IMG/VR virus record: IMGVR_UViG_3300012209_000002
Location: 1 to 61,018 of that record
Length of the DNA stretch: 61,018 nt
From: a virus
Lineage: Duplodnaviria > Caudoviricetes
Reading direction: 5' to 3' (one strand)
Shown piece after piece: positions 1-7,959 of the stretch (position 1 is its first letter; each line of letters starts with the position of its first letter). Under the pieces are notes generated by a model that searched no databases, was not told the DNA's origin, and saw only the letters and a list, made by a program, of their open reading frames with translations. Position numbers and translations under genes: made by a program.

Positions 1-123
1 ATCGCCAGCCCCTACGGCTGCACCTGGGAAGAGTTGCGCAACGATCTCAAGCTGATGTGGCGTGAAACCACCCGCGCGTCCAACTGGCTCATGACCGAAC
101 TCTACACGCGCGATTGCCGGCGC
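1..123. repeat. Terminal overlap (identical to 60896-61018); circular assembly
   Basis: First 123 nt ATCGCCAGCC...GCCGGCGC are identical to the last 123 nt, and an ORF reads through the junction. Confidence 0.97.
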
Positions 124-1035
124 GCGGGCGAGGAGAAGATGCCCCCGATGCAGCCCATCGACTTCTATACGGAGCTGAAGCGTTTCCCGGCATTGCCCCC
201 GCAGACCCGCGTGTCGCTGGCTCAAAGCTGCACCAAGAAATACAAAGCATTGCGTCGGGACGTGATCTGGACCTGTGCCAAGAGCCTGCCTAGTTTCCGT
301 TACCCCGTCCCTTTCCCCGTTCACAATCAGAGTTGGAGCGTGCGCATCGAAAAGGGACGGGCAATTCTCCGGGTGCGTATCGGCGAGGGCTGGCGCGAAC
401 TCCGTCTCAAGAGCGGCCCGCAATTCCGGCGACAGTACCGCTCCGTGCAACTGATAGCGAGAGGCGAGGCGATTACCGGCGAGGCAGCCATTTACCAGCG
501 TCAGTTCGAGGGGAAGTCCGCGCTCATGGTCAAGATGGTGGCTTGGTTGCCGCGTACTCCAGTCACGGGACTCAAGCCGGATTCGGTGTTACCGGTCTAC
601 ACACGGAAAGACGCGCTCCTGCAAGCGGTCAACACCGAGGACGAAGTACTGTGGACCTACAATGCGGATCACTTGCGGAGGTGGAGCGAGGAACATCGCA
701 AGACTCTTCAGAGATTGGCGGACGACAACAAATTCGAGGCCCGGCCAGTTCCGAGCTTCACGGATCGCCGTACCGCCCTGGTGCGGAAGTATCGCGACCG
801 CATGGACTCGGCCACGCACGAGATCGCCGCGCAACTTGCCTCGTACGCCGCCCGCCGCAAGTTCGCCGTAATGCGCTACGATGACACGGAGCGGGGGTTC
901 TGCGAGAGCCTGCCGTGGTACCGTTTAAAGCTACTGATCGAGCAAAAGTGCGAGGCGCTGGGGATACGATTTGAAGCAGCAGGCCCAAAAGAGTCGGAAA
1001 CGAAAGAATCGGAAGCGAGAGAAAACCAGCAGTGA
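1..1035 (+). CDS. 3' part of nuclease-dead TnpB/Cas12f-like RNA-guided DNA-binding protein (full gene 60680->junction->1035, 416 aa)
   Basis: C-terminal region follows the TnpB/Cas12f pattern: LVRKYRDRMDSATHEIAAQLASYAARRKFAVMRYDD (bridge helix/RuvC-II) and LPWYRLKLLIEQKCEALGIRF. The RuvC-I GxDxG is replaced by PVYTRKD, and the protein ends before the C-terminal Zn finger/RuvC-III. Confidence 0.75.
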   Translation: MASPYGCTWEELRNDLKLMWRETTRASNWLMTELYTRDCRRAGEEKMPPMQPIDFYTELKRFPALPPQTRVSLAQSCTKKYKALRRDVIWTCAKSLPSFRYPVPFPVHNQSWSVRIEKGRAILRVRIGEGWRELRLKSGPQFRRQYRSVQLIARGEAITGEAAIYQRQFEGKSALMVKMVAWLPRTPVTGLKPDSVLPVYTRKDALLQAVNTEDEVLWTYNADHLRRWSEEHRKTLQRLADDNKFEARPVPSFTDRRTALVRKYRDRMDSATHEIAAQLASYAARRKFAVMRYDDTERGFCESLPWYRLKLLIEQKCEALGIRFEAAGPKESETKESEARENQQ

Positions 1036-1083
1036 CGTGGATTGAAATCGTTGGCATCGTTTACCGCGATATACTGTTTTCGA

Positions 1084-1304
1084 AGGTCACCGAGGTTAGC
1101 AGACCTAGGGGCAGAAACGCTGAGAACGCTTGCCGACTCAGTATGTGATTGCCCAAATACCGTAAAGTGTTTCGGGATATCTCAGCAGTGTAAAAGCGAG
1201 CGGTCCTGGAAAACGGCGAAAGTCCAGAAGGCTTGAGACCTGCCGTTTCGGTGAAGCGAGAGGCCCGGCGGAAGAGAAAGAGCCGAAACCGCTCGCAAGA
1301 TCGG
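1084..1304 (+). ncRNA. Putative guide scaffold RNA copy 1
   Basis: Hairpin AGGTC/GACCT with loop ACCGA..; stem CTGAG/CTCAG enclosing invariant loop AACGCTTGCCGA (1125-1136); GGGATA; GCGAGCGGT (1196-1204) pairs with ACCGCTCGC (1288-1296). Confidence 0.65.
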
Positions 1305-1334
1305 AAAACAATGAGAAAGAATAGCTTTGAGATT

Positions 1335-1479
1335 ACTGTCCTACCGTACAGGACAGTTCCGACGACGCCGGGAACGCTTGCCGACCCGGTCGCTCGGATA
1401 GATGCTGGTAAGTCTTGGGATATGTGCGGCTTGCCGCGCCAGCCCTGAGAGCGAGCGAAAGCGAAAACGCTCGCTACGG
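1335..1479 (+). ncRNA. Putative guide scaffold RNA copy 2 with fused first repeat
   Basis: Hairpin ACTGTCCT/AGGACAGT with loop ACCGTAC; stem CCGGG/CCCGG enclosing AACGCTTGCCGA (1373-1384); GCTGG/CCAGC; GGGATA; anti-repeat GAGCGAGCG (1449-1457) pairing with CGCTCGC-TACGG (1468-1479). Confidence 0.75.
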
Positions 1480-1650
1480 GCCAAGAAATGGTCTTTCCGC
1501 CATCCACGCCAACGGACTGAGAGCGAGCGCAAACGAAAACGCCCGCTGCGGGTACCTGGCGAAAGCGTAAAACGCGCGTCGGATCGGCAGGAAGATCGCT
1601 ACGGGGTGCCAGCATTGGCCGCTCGCCGCGGGATGGAGAATTGAATTTAC
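1468..1650 (+). CRISPR. Non-canonical mini-repeat/guide array cognate to scaffold 2 (consensus CGCTCGCTACGG)
   Basis: Repeats at 1468 CGCTCGCTACGG, 1540 CGCCCGCTGCGG, 1593 AGATCGCTACGG and 1620 CGCTCGCCGCGG, separated by largely unique sequence. Confidence 0.5.
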
Positions 1651-1804
1651 AGCCCACCGATTAGGGCTAGGCTAGACATACGCTGGAAACGCTTGCCGAT
1701 TCAGTAGCTCTGGCGAAGGCTGGTCCCACTCCTCGGGTTAGTTCTCGTTGAGTGGGCGTAAACACTCCAGATACCTCTTGAAGGGAGCAGCCTGGGGAGC
1801 GACC
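1651..1804 (+). ncRNA. Putative guide scaffold RNA copy 3
   Basis: Hairpin AGCCC/GGGCT with loop ACCGATTA; GCTAGA/TCTGGC; stem CTGGA/TTCAG enclosing AACGCTTGCCGA (1688-1699); GGCTG/CAGCC; anti-repeat GAGCGACC (1797-1804). Confidence 0.75.
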
Positions 1805-1859
1805 TTTGACATTCCAGAGGCAGTTGCGGGGCACATCGCGGCTTGCGGCAACCTTGGCC

Positions 1860-2041
1860 GATCGCATCGGGACCGTCTCTATTTTCGAATCCCGGGAATG
1901 TCGCATCGGTTCAGGTCGCGTCGGGAGCCGCTTCGAGGCGCCGGTGCTATCCAACGCCAATCTATCTTTTCCCCGTCTCTTACTCCATACTTGCGGTTTT
2001 AGATCGTTAGGGTCGTTTCGGTCGGTTACGGGTCGCGTCGG
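1860..2041 (+). repeat. Cluster of GGTCGCNTCGG mini-repeats downstream of scaffold 3
   Basis: Copies at 1860, 1899, 1914, 2011 and 2031 (another at 2278), all on the + strand, irregular spacing. Confidence 0.65.
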
Positions 2042-2055
2042 GAGAGGTTGCCATC

Positions 2056-2277
2056 GTGTCGGTCAATGCGGATCTCTTGTGTCTATTCACCGAGTTGCGC
2101 CAGGAGATCCGCGATTCCAACCTCGAACGCCGGGAATCGGAGAGGGCCTTGGATCTTCGGTTGCGGCGGCTGGAAATTGCGCTAGTGCGGCATCGGGTGC
2201 GGGCGCGGATGTTAACAGCGGCGTGCGGGGCGGGAGCCAGCGCGGCCACGCACCTATTCGCGAAATATTACCATTAG
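2056..2277 (+). CDS. Small hypothetical protein, possibly lysis-associated
   Basis: 73 aa, GTG start after GGAGAGG; coiled N-terminus and weakly hydrophobic C-terminus. Confidence 0.55.
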   Translation: MSVNADLLCLFTELRQEIRDSNLERRESERALDLRLRRLEIALVRHRVRARMLTAACGAGASAATHLFAKYYH

Positions 2278-2327
2278 GGTCGCGTCGGGTAAGGTCACTC
2301 TGCGGAGTCGCCGAGGAGCATCTGAAG

Positions 2328-2588
2328 ATGAACATCGTGAATTCGGCAAAAGGCGAACTGGTGCAAACGGTTCTGCGCAAGATTGTCGACGGCAATACCG
2401 GCAGCACTCTGTTAGGCGGTGTGGCCGTGGCAATTCTGGCCTCGGGCGCCAGCTTTCCCGATTTGTTTTCGACGGATCAAAGTAAACTCGCGCATGCCTG
2501 GGGGCTGGCGATCGGCGGGGCGATTCTGGGCGTCTGGGGCTGGAAGATCGGCCGCAAGCCCGTCGCTCCCGCGCCGCCCGCTGTGTAG
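2328..2588 (+). CDS. Holin-like membrane protein
   Basis: 86 aa from ATG after GAGGAG; two hydrophobic helices (TLLGGVAVAILASGA, WGLAIGGAILGVWGW) and a basic C-terminus. Confidence 0.55.
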   Translation: MNIVNSAKGELVQTVLRKIVDGNTGSTLLGGVAVAILASGASFPDLFSTDQSKLAHAWGLAIGGAILGVWGWKIGRKPVAPAPPAV

Positions 2589-2870
2589 GTCGCTTCGGGG
2601 TGCGTCTGTCGCCTCGACATCGTCCTGATTTGCAGGTTGCTTCGTGCAAGGGCCGATTGGACGCAAAACTACTGTGATTTGGGCCGCTTCGGAATAAGCG
2701 TGCAGGTAACGTCGCTTCAGGATAATCCTCGCGTGGATTGCCGGTCGCCTCGGAGTATGCTGCCCGCCCCCGGTCGCTTCGGTGCTTTGATCGGCTTGGG
2801 TAGTCGCCTCGGGAACGAGGAATACGGGCCGCGCAGGTCGCTTTGTCTTAATGTACCGGCCATTGGACCG
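2588..2870 (+). CRISPR. Non-canonical array of nine 11-nt repeats (GGTCGCYTCGG) with mostly 17-23 nt spacers
   Basis: Repeats start at 2588, 2607, 2635, 2682, 2710, 2743, 2772, 2802 and 2836; spacers are 8, 17, 36, 17, 22, 18, 19 and 23 nt; intergenic between convergent genes. Confidence 0.65.
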
Positions 2871-2877
2871 ATAGCGG

Positions 2878-5202
2878 CTATTGAGCGGCGGCCTGCTTCG
2901 GTTCCGGTTGCTGCGATTTTGCCTCTTGTGCCACCCGCGCGGTTAGTGCCGTTGCTGCGGCGGTCCATGCTGGCGTGCGTACGGGCAGTGTCATAGCTTG
3001 AGTCAACAGTTTTGCTCCACCGGGGCTGAATAAGATCCGCGATCCCAACCAAGGCAAGCCGACGGCCCCGGTTATCTCCAATGCCGCTTGTCCCAATGCC
3101 GCTTGCTTAAACCCTCCGGTAATTGCCGTCACCAAAGCGTGCGCAACCGTTCCGTAAGCGCCTAATGCGTACCAACTGGAAGAAGTACCCGAAGGATTCA
3201 TAATCCGGCTGACCCGCTTGGATGCCAGCATGAACTTATCCAAATCCCCGGTGAGCTGCTTGCCGAACAACAGCTCCTTGGTTTCCGGCCCCAGTCTGTT
3301 CCAGTCGGCCGCAATCCCGGCGCTCCGTCCGAATCCGCCTTCTTTCGTGGATTTATCGATCAGCCCTTCCAGAAACGTGCGTCCGGTGGTTTTCAGTTCG
3401 TTTGGAGCGATCTTTCGCAACTCCCGCAAGGTATTCAACGAACGGTCGCCGCCTTGCACCAAGTTGTAGTAAAATTTCGCGGGCTCCTCGCTCATATCCT
3501 GAAACAGCTCATCCACGTTATGATAGGCACGCACCAATCGTCGGCCGGCTTGCAATTTGCCGAGAACGTCCGATCCCGCCCCCTGCACCGCTCGTTGGAA
3601 TTCGGTTTCTCCTTGCGCGATCGTCATCTTGGCGAGACGCTGCGATTGTGTGGAAAGATAAGGGCTGTCGCCATCGCGCGCCAGTGCTTTCACCGCGCTC
3701 AAGGTCCGGTCGAAATCCATGGCATTCATGAATTTCTTGTCCGAAGTCATCAATTCTTCGAGACTGCGCCATGCTGGGGAATTGGCCCGCCGCGCATCCG
3801 GCAAAGCCCGCTTCAGATCGTCGTAAACCGGCGCTAATCCTTGACGAATGGGCGCGAGATCGACGGGAGTTTCCAGAACGCTGTAAACGGGCACCTGGCG
3901 CGGCATTCCAGCGGGTGTCAGCGTGGCCAACGGGTTCGCTCCGGGCACCGTTTTCGTTCCGGTCTGCACGGTTTGTCGGTTAACCGCTGTCGATTGCCGC
4001 ACCTCGTTGTAGAGTCGATCGGCTTTCCCTTTTAACTGCGCGGTCAGACGAATTCGTCGCTGAATCAACGCCTGTCCCGCGCCGTAAGGATCGGTGACTT
4101 GTCCTCCTGCCCGCGCCGCCAGTTGCTTTTCTTTGCCGGCTAACGCTTCTTCGGTCGCCATACGGGCCTTACTGGCGCGGATGCCCGAGCCCGGCAGACT
4201 TTCCATAGTCTGCTCCACCCGCTTCAATCCGGGATGGCCCGTCCGCTGTCCAATGCTCAATGGCACGTCTTTCTCGATGGACTGAACGGCGGCTTCTTCC
4301 ACCGGGTTATAGACATTGCGCACGGCCGGTTCCAAACGGATTCCTTTGGGCAGCAATTTGGCCGCAGACGGCGCCAGCAATTCGAGCGTATGGGCCGCGC
4401 CCGCACCGTAGCGTCCTGCGCGAAAGTCTTCTCCGGCCTGTACCGCACCTGGACCGGCTATCGGCAAATACGATGCAGCGCGATATCCCAAACCGGCAAT
4501 CCCCGGCTCTTTCTTAGACTTCTCGTACATTTCCCGCTGCTGCCCGTACATCGCACGGCCGGCTTGAATCGGATTCTTCGCTGCCTCTCCGATCGCAGCC
4601 GGCAGATTGGAAATGTCCCCCCAGAGCGTACCCCAAAATCCTTTTGGCTGCATCGCTGTGTTTTGCAAGCCCAATTGCACGGCATTGGCTTTTTCCTTAA
4701 GGGGCAATGCTTTAAATGCCGGATCGTAGGCATCCAGCACCTTGATCTTTTCGATTCCAGGCAATTGCCGGAAGTTCGGGTCGGCGAAGATCTTACTCAA
4801 CTCGTCGGCCCCGCTTGACTGTTCGCCAGTTCTTTGCGTTTGATCCACGATTAGTTTGCCCGATTTGTCTACCAGCCGGTCGCCTTCCCAATGCGGCGCT
4901 TCCTCGGTCGCATACCGGGATTCTTTGGAAAAGTATCTGTGATACGGCGTTTTGTAGGTATCGGGGAAGTGTGCGCTGCCACCGCTCTTAACTCGCGTCT
5001 CCCGTTCCGCCATAGCTTTTGTGTCCCGAAAGAATCCGCGCATGTCGTAGTTAGAGGTCGGCGATTCGGTCCATGGGATCTTATTACTCTGCACCCAGAT
5101 TTGGAATTTCTTCTCTTCATCCGGCGGTAGTTTGGTGAGGTACGGTCCGGGTTTGGCAAAAGGAGACGGCGAAGTAAGTTGCTCGCTCAGTTCGTCAGCC
5201 AC
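2878..5202 (-). CDS. Putative virion ejection/internal (DNA transfer) protein
   Basis: 774 aa, A/G/Q-rich helical protein at the distal end of the virion operon, as in podoviruses. Confidence 0.55.
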   Translation of the reverse strand: MADELSEQLTSPSPFAKPGPYLTKLPPDEEKKFQIWVQSNKIPWTESPTSNYDMRGFFRDTKAMAERETRVKSGGSAHFPDTYKTPYHRYFSKESRYATEEAPHWEGDRLVDKSGKLIVDQTQRTGEQSSGADELSKIFADPNFRQLPGIEKIKVLDAYDPAFKALPLKEKANAVQLGLQNTAMQPKGFWGTLWGDISNLPAAIGEAAKNPIQAGRAMYGQQREMYEKSKKEPGIAGLGYRAASYLPIAGPGAVQAGEDFRAGRYGAGAAHTLELLAPSAAKLLPKGIRLEPAVRNVYNPVEEAAVQSIEKDVPLSIGQRTGHPGLKRVEQTMESLPGSGIRASKARMATEEALAGKEKQLAARAGGQVTDPYGAGQALIQRRIRLTAQLKGKADRLYNEVRQSTAVNRQTVQTGTKTVPGANPLATLTPAGMPRQVPVYSVLETPVDLAPIRQGLAPVYDDLKRALPDARRANSPAWRSLEELMTSDKKFMNAMDFDRTLSAVKALARDGDSPYLSTQSQRLAKMTIAQGETEFQRAVQGAGSDVLGKLQAGRRLVRAYHNVDELFQDMSEEPAKFYYNLVQGGDRSLNTLRELRKIAPNELKTTGRTFLEGLIDKSTKEGGFGRSAGIAADWNRLGPETKELLFGKQLTGDLDKFMLASKRVSRIMNPSGTSSSWYALGAYGTVAHALVTAITGGFKQAALGQAALEITGAVGLPWLGSRILFSPGGAKLLTQAMTLPVRTPAWTAAATALTARVAQEAKSQQPEPKQAAAQ

Positions 5203-5205
5203 GGT

Positions 5206-6957
5206 TTATTTTCCGATTCCACGCAGACGCAGGTACTCATCGGCGGTTTTGGGAGGTGGTCCCGGAGCACCCGTAGGTCCGCTCGGCCCAGATGGTCCTG
5301 TAGGTCCGCCCGGCCTTGGCCCCGCACCTTGCCCTGTATCTTGCGCCGGTCCCCCAATCTCCACCCCGCCTTCCGTCATCGCCGGACTGTTTCTGATCGA
5401 GTTCAGCCGGTATCCTAGGTTCTTGCGCGTCAAGTTCACCGCGGCCCGCAGCGTCTTGTCGTCCCAATCGCCGCTTAGAATCTTCATGGCCTGCCCGAGA
5501 CTTTTATCGGTAGGAGTGTTTCCTCCCTGATAGACTGTGGCGAGTTCGGATTGCAGATCGGTGATTTGGATATCGAGAAGCCGCGCTGCTTCCGCCGCCG
5601 GTTGCCCGAAAATTCCGCTTTTCGCCGTGTTCAATGCCAGTTTGTTGATAATCGGAAACTTGGTGCGCGGAACGGCATTGCGTAAATCTCCGAGCAAATC
5701 CTTACCCGGTTGTTGAGAATTGTCGATCAGGTCCAGACTTTCCACGGTGAAATCGACGGCTTGCCGCAATCGCACCTGCGTCGGTCCGTTCAAAGTCCGT
5801 ATCCAGATAGTTGTAGCCATCCAGTCTTTCTGGGCTTTGGCGAGATTGTATCCTTCCCTAGCCAGTTCGGCGGTCACGCGTCCCGCCATTCCTGTACGAC
5901 CCAACCCTGTCAGCATGGGCGACAGCAACCCATTTTTAATCCCTTGTGCGATGCTGGGCGCATCTTTCTCTGTCTGTTGCAAGTTGATGATGGACGCGGG
6001 CAGACGGTCGGCCTTGGTAATGGATTCCTGTCGCGCTTTGGCGTATGCCTCTGCAAACGGCATTCCTTTGGCCATGAATGCGTCGGTGCGAAATCTGGTA
6101 ATTGTAGCCATCTGATCGGATGCGTAATATTGGCGCGCCTGTTCTCCTTGTTCTGGAGTCAGCGGTAATTTCAATCCTGCCTTTTGTGCGTAAGCCTGAT
6201 GTAATTCCTCATCCTTCAGTTTGGCTTCGGACGGTACAGCGGGTTTATCGGTGCGAGTCCAGTTTTCCGGCGGTCGGAACGTTTTGCCCGCCATGCGATA
6301 CACATCGGGAGGATCGGTGGATAACTTGTCCAAAATTACGACGGTGCCATCCGGCTTGAGAAAATGCGCTTCCTTCTCGGAACCGGTTTTGGCCTCGACA
6401 TTGTACAGCTTGGCAATGCCGGTATCGTACTGATCCTTGGTAATTTGTCCGGTGCGTAGCGCCTCATCCAGCCGGTCCCGTCCCGTTTCGATTCCCATTT
6501 GCTGGGCAACGAACAAATCTTCGTCCGCCTGCCGCTGTACGATGCTTTTCTTTTGCGCTTCCCGTTGGGCTGTCTGCTGCGCGATTTCGTCGCGTTTGAC
6601 TCGTACCTGTTCCGGAGTAAGGCTGGCTCCCGCGGGCATGGGCGGCACCGCCGGTCCCTTCCCCACCGGGTCCAGTTGCCCTAGCCCCTTTCCCATGGCC
6701 TTTCCCGCGCCTGCCAATGTTCCCAACATGCCGAACAGCTTCCCCGAGTGCTGCTTCATCTGTGGGGGGCCTTCTTTCTGAAACAGCTTTTCGTAGTTCT
6801 GCAGCGCCCAGGCTTTGAGCACGGAAGGATCTTGACCGGCGGACAGCAATTCTTCGTCGGGCGCGGTGAACAGGTGTGTATACATCGCCGACTGGTTCAT
6901 CACGTCGCGTTGCTTGGACTCCTGATGCGTCCGAATCAGATTGGTGATGACACCCAT
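5206..6957 (-). CDS. Putative ejection/internal virion protein with collagen-like C-terminal GXX tract
   Basis: 583 aa; GPTGPSGPSGPTGAPGPPP near the C-terminus; operon position. Confidence 0.55.
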   Translation of the reverse strand: MGVITNLIRTHQESKQRDVMNQSAMYTHLFTAPDEELLSAGQDPSVLKAWALQNYEKLFQKEGPPQMKQHSGKLFGMLGTLAGAGKAMGKGLGQLDPVGKGPAVPPMPAGASLTPEQVRVKRDEIAQQTAQREAQKKSIVQRQADEDLFVAQQMGIETGRDRLDEALRTGQITKDQYDTGIAKLYNVEAKTGSEKEAHFLKPDGTVVILDKLSTDPPDVYRMAGKTFRPPENWTRTDKPAVPSEAKLKDEELHQAYAQKAGLKLPLTPEQGEQARQYYASDQMATITRFRTDAFMAKGMPFAEAYAKARQESITKADRLPASIINLQQTEKDAPSIAQGIKNGLLSPMLTGLGRTGMAGRVTAELAREGYNLAKAQKDWMATTIWIRTLNGPTQVRLRQAVDFTVESLDLIDNSQQPGKDLLGDLRNAVPRTKFPIINKLALNTAKSGIFGQPAAEAARLLDIQITDLQSELATVYQGGNTPTDKSLGQAMKILSGDWDDKTLRAAVNLTRKNLGYRLNSIRNSPAMTEGGVEIGGPAQDTGQGAGPRPGGPTGPSGPSGPTGAPGPPPKTADEYLRLRGIGK

Positions 6958-6966
6958 GGAACGCTC

Positions 6967-7164
6967 CTAATAGCGCTTGGCGGCTTGCCGTTTGCGGCGG
7001 CCGCTGCTCATATCGTAGGTGTCCCGGTATGCCTCGCCCAGCGGGTCTTCCGATGCCGGTTCCTGCCGCTTCTTGCCGAGTTTGTCCGCGATGCTGATGG
7101 CATCTCCAATGGCACCGCTGTCTTTTGCCTTTCCCATCGTTGCAATATCTCTCAGCGCACCCAT
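6967..7164 (-). CDS. Small hypothetical protein
   Basis: 65 aa MGALRDIATMGK..., RBS AAGGGAG, tightly packed in the operon. Confidence 0.55.
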   Translation of the reverse strand: MGALRDIATMGKAKDSGAIGDAISIADKLGKKRQEPASEDPLGEAYRDTYDMSSGRRKRQAAKRY

Positions 7165-7175
7165 AGTTGTCTCCC

Positions 7176-7916
7176 TTAAATCAGAGCGTTGATTCCCTGC
7201 GCGACCGTGTTGAAATTGTGCGCGGTCCCACCCTGAATATTGATTCCCATCTTTTCCAGAGCGGCCTGAATGGCGGATTCCAGTGAAGCCAACCCTTGCC
7301 CGGTCTGCTGCGAGCCGATCCCCGCTACGCCCAATCCCAATTGCCCTTGCAACCCGCCCAGTTGTCCCAATCCCTGCGCCGCCGCCGGTTGCAACCCCAG
7401 CACCGCGTTGCCCACCATGCCCGCCTGCGCGAACGGCAGCTCGCTCATGACCTGGCTCCGGTACCCGCCCATCGGCAGATTCGCATCGGCGCCCTGCCCC
7501 GCGCGCTGAAACTGTTGCCCGATCAGGGCCGAGGTCGGAGCCAGTGCCTCGGTCATAGTTTTGGGATCGCCGGAAAGCAGTTTCGTGTAAAAATCCACGC
7601 TGGGCTGCATGGTTTGGAAGCCCTGACCGACTCCGCCAAGTCCCATCGCGGTAGTAGCTCCTCCTTGATTGAGCAGGTTTTCGCCGGTTGTGCCCGTCAA
7701 ATTGGTTAAGGAGCGGAAGAACTGAGTTAGCGAATCTCCACTGACAGGTTGCGTGGCCACGTTGCCCACCATCGGATTGGCGGGAGTTGTGCCGCTTGGG
7801 AAGATTCCGAACGGATTTCGCCACCAGGGAGGACCGTAGTCACTGGGTTGAGAAGAAGGCAGCCCGCTCGATACGGGACTTCCGCCCAGCCCTTGTCCCG
7901 ACAATGGATCGGCCAT
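7176..7916 (-). CDS. Putative small ejection protein (G/Q-rich)
   Basis: 246 aa with GLGQLGGLQGQLGLG-type low complexity typical of podoviral DNA-injection proteins. Confidence 0.55.
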   Translation of the reverse strand: MADPLSGQGLGGSPVSSGLPSSQPSDYGPPWWRNPFGIFPSGTTPANPMVGNVATQPVSGDSLTQFFRSLTNLTGTTGENLLNQGGATTAMGLGGVGQGFQTMQPSVDFYTKLLSGDPKTMTEALAPTSALIGQQFQRAGQGADANLPMGGYRSQVMSELPFAQAGMVGNAVLGLQPAAAQGLGQLGGLQGQLGLGVAGIGSQQTGQGLASLESAIQAALEKMGINIQGGTAHNFNTVAQGINALI

Positions 7917-7959
7917 CGGACTCCTATCGGGGGAATTCCGATTTTATCCCGTTTTAGCC

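Noticed and set aside
1445-1470. CTGAGAG...GAAA as a hammerhead core
   Set aside because: Does not fit CUGANGA and lacks stems I and III
1445-1552. Two 36-nt near-repeats (1445, 1517) with a 36-nt spacer, resembling a canonical CRISPR mini-array
   Set aside because: Only two copies, no typical repeat terminus and no cas1/2. Better explained as a duplicated anti-repeat/repeat hairpin of scaffold 2
1042-2050. Several ORFs in the ncRNA region (e.g. 1061-1657, 5' part of 1806-2588)
   Set aside because: No RBS or recognisable motifs; the region is explained by covarying RNA structures
2588-2870. TIGR-type array interpretation
   Set aside because: No fixed 36-nt period, no box C/D motifs and no Nop-domain gene seen
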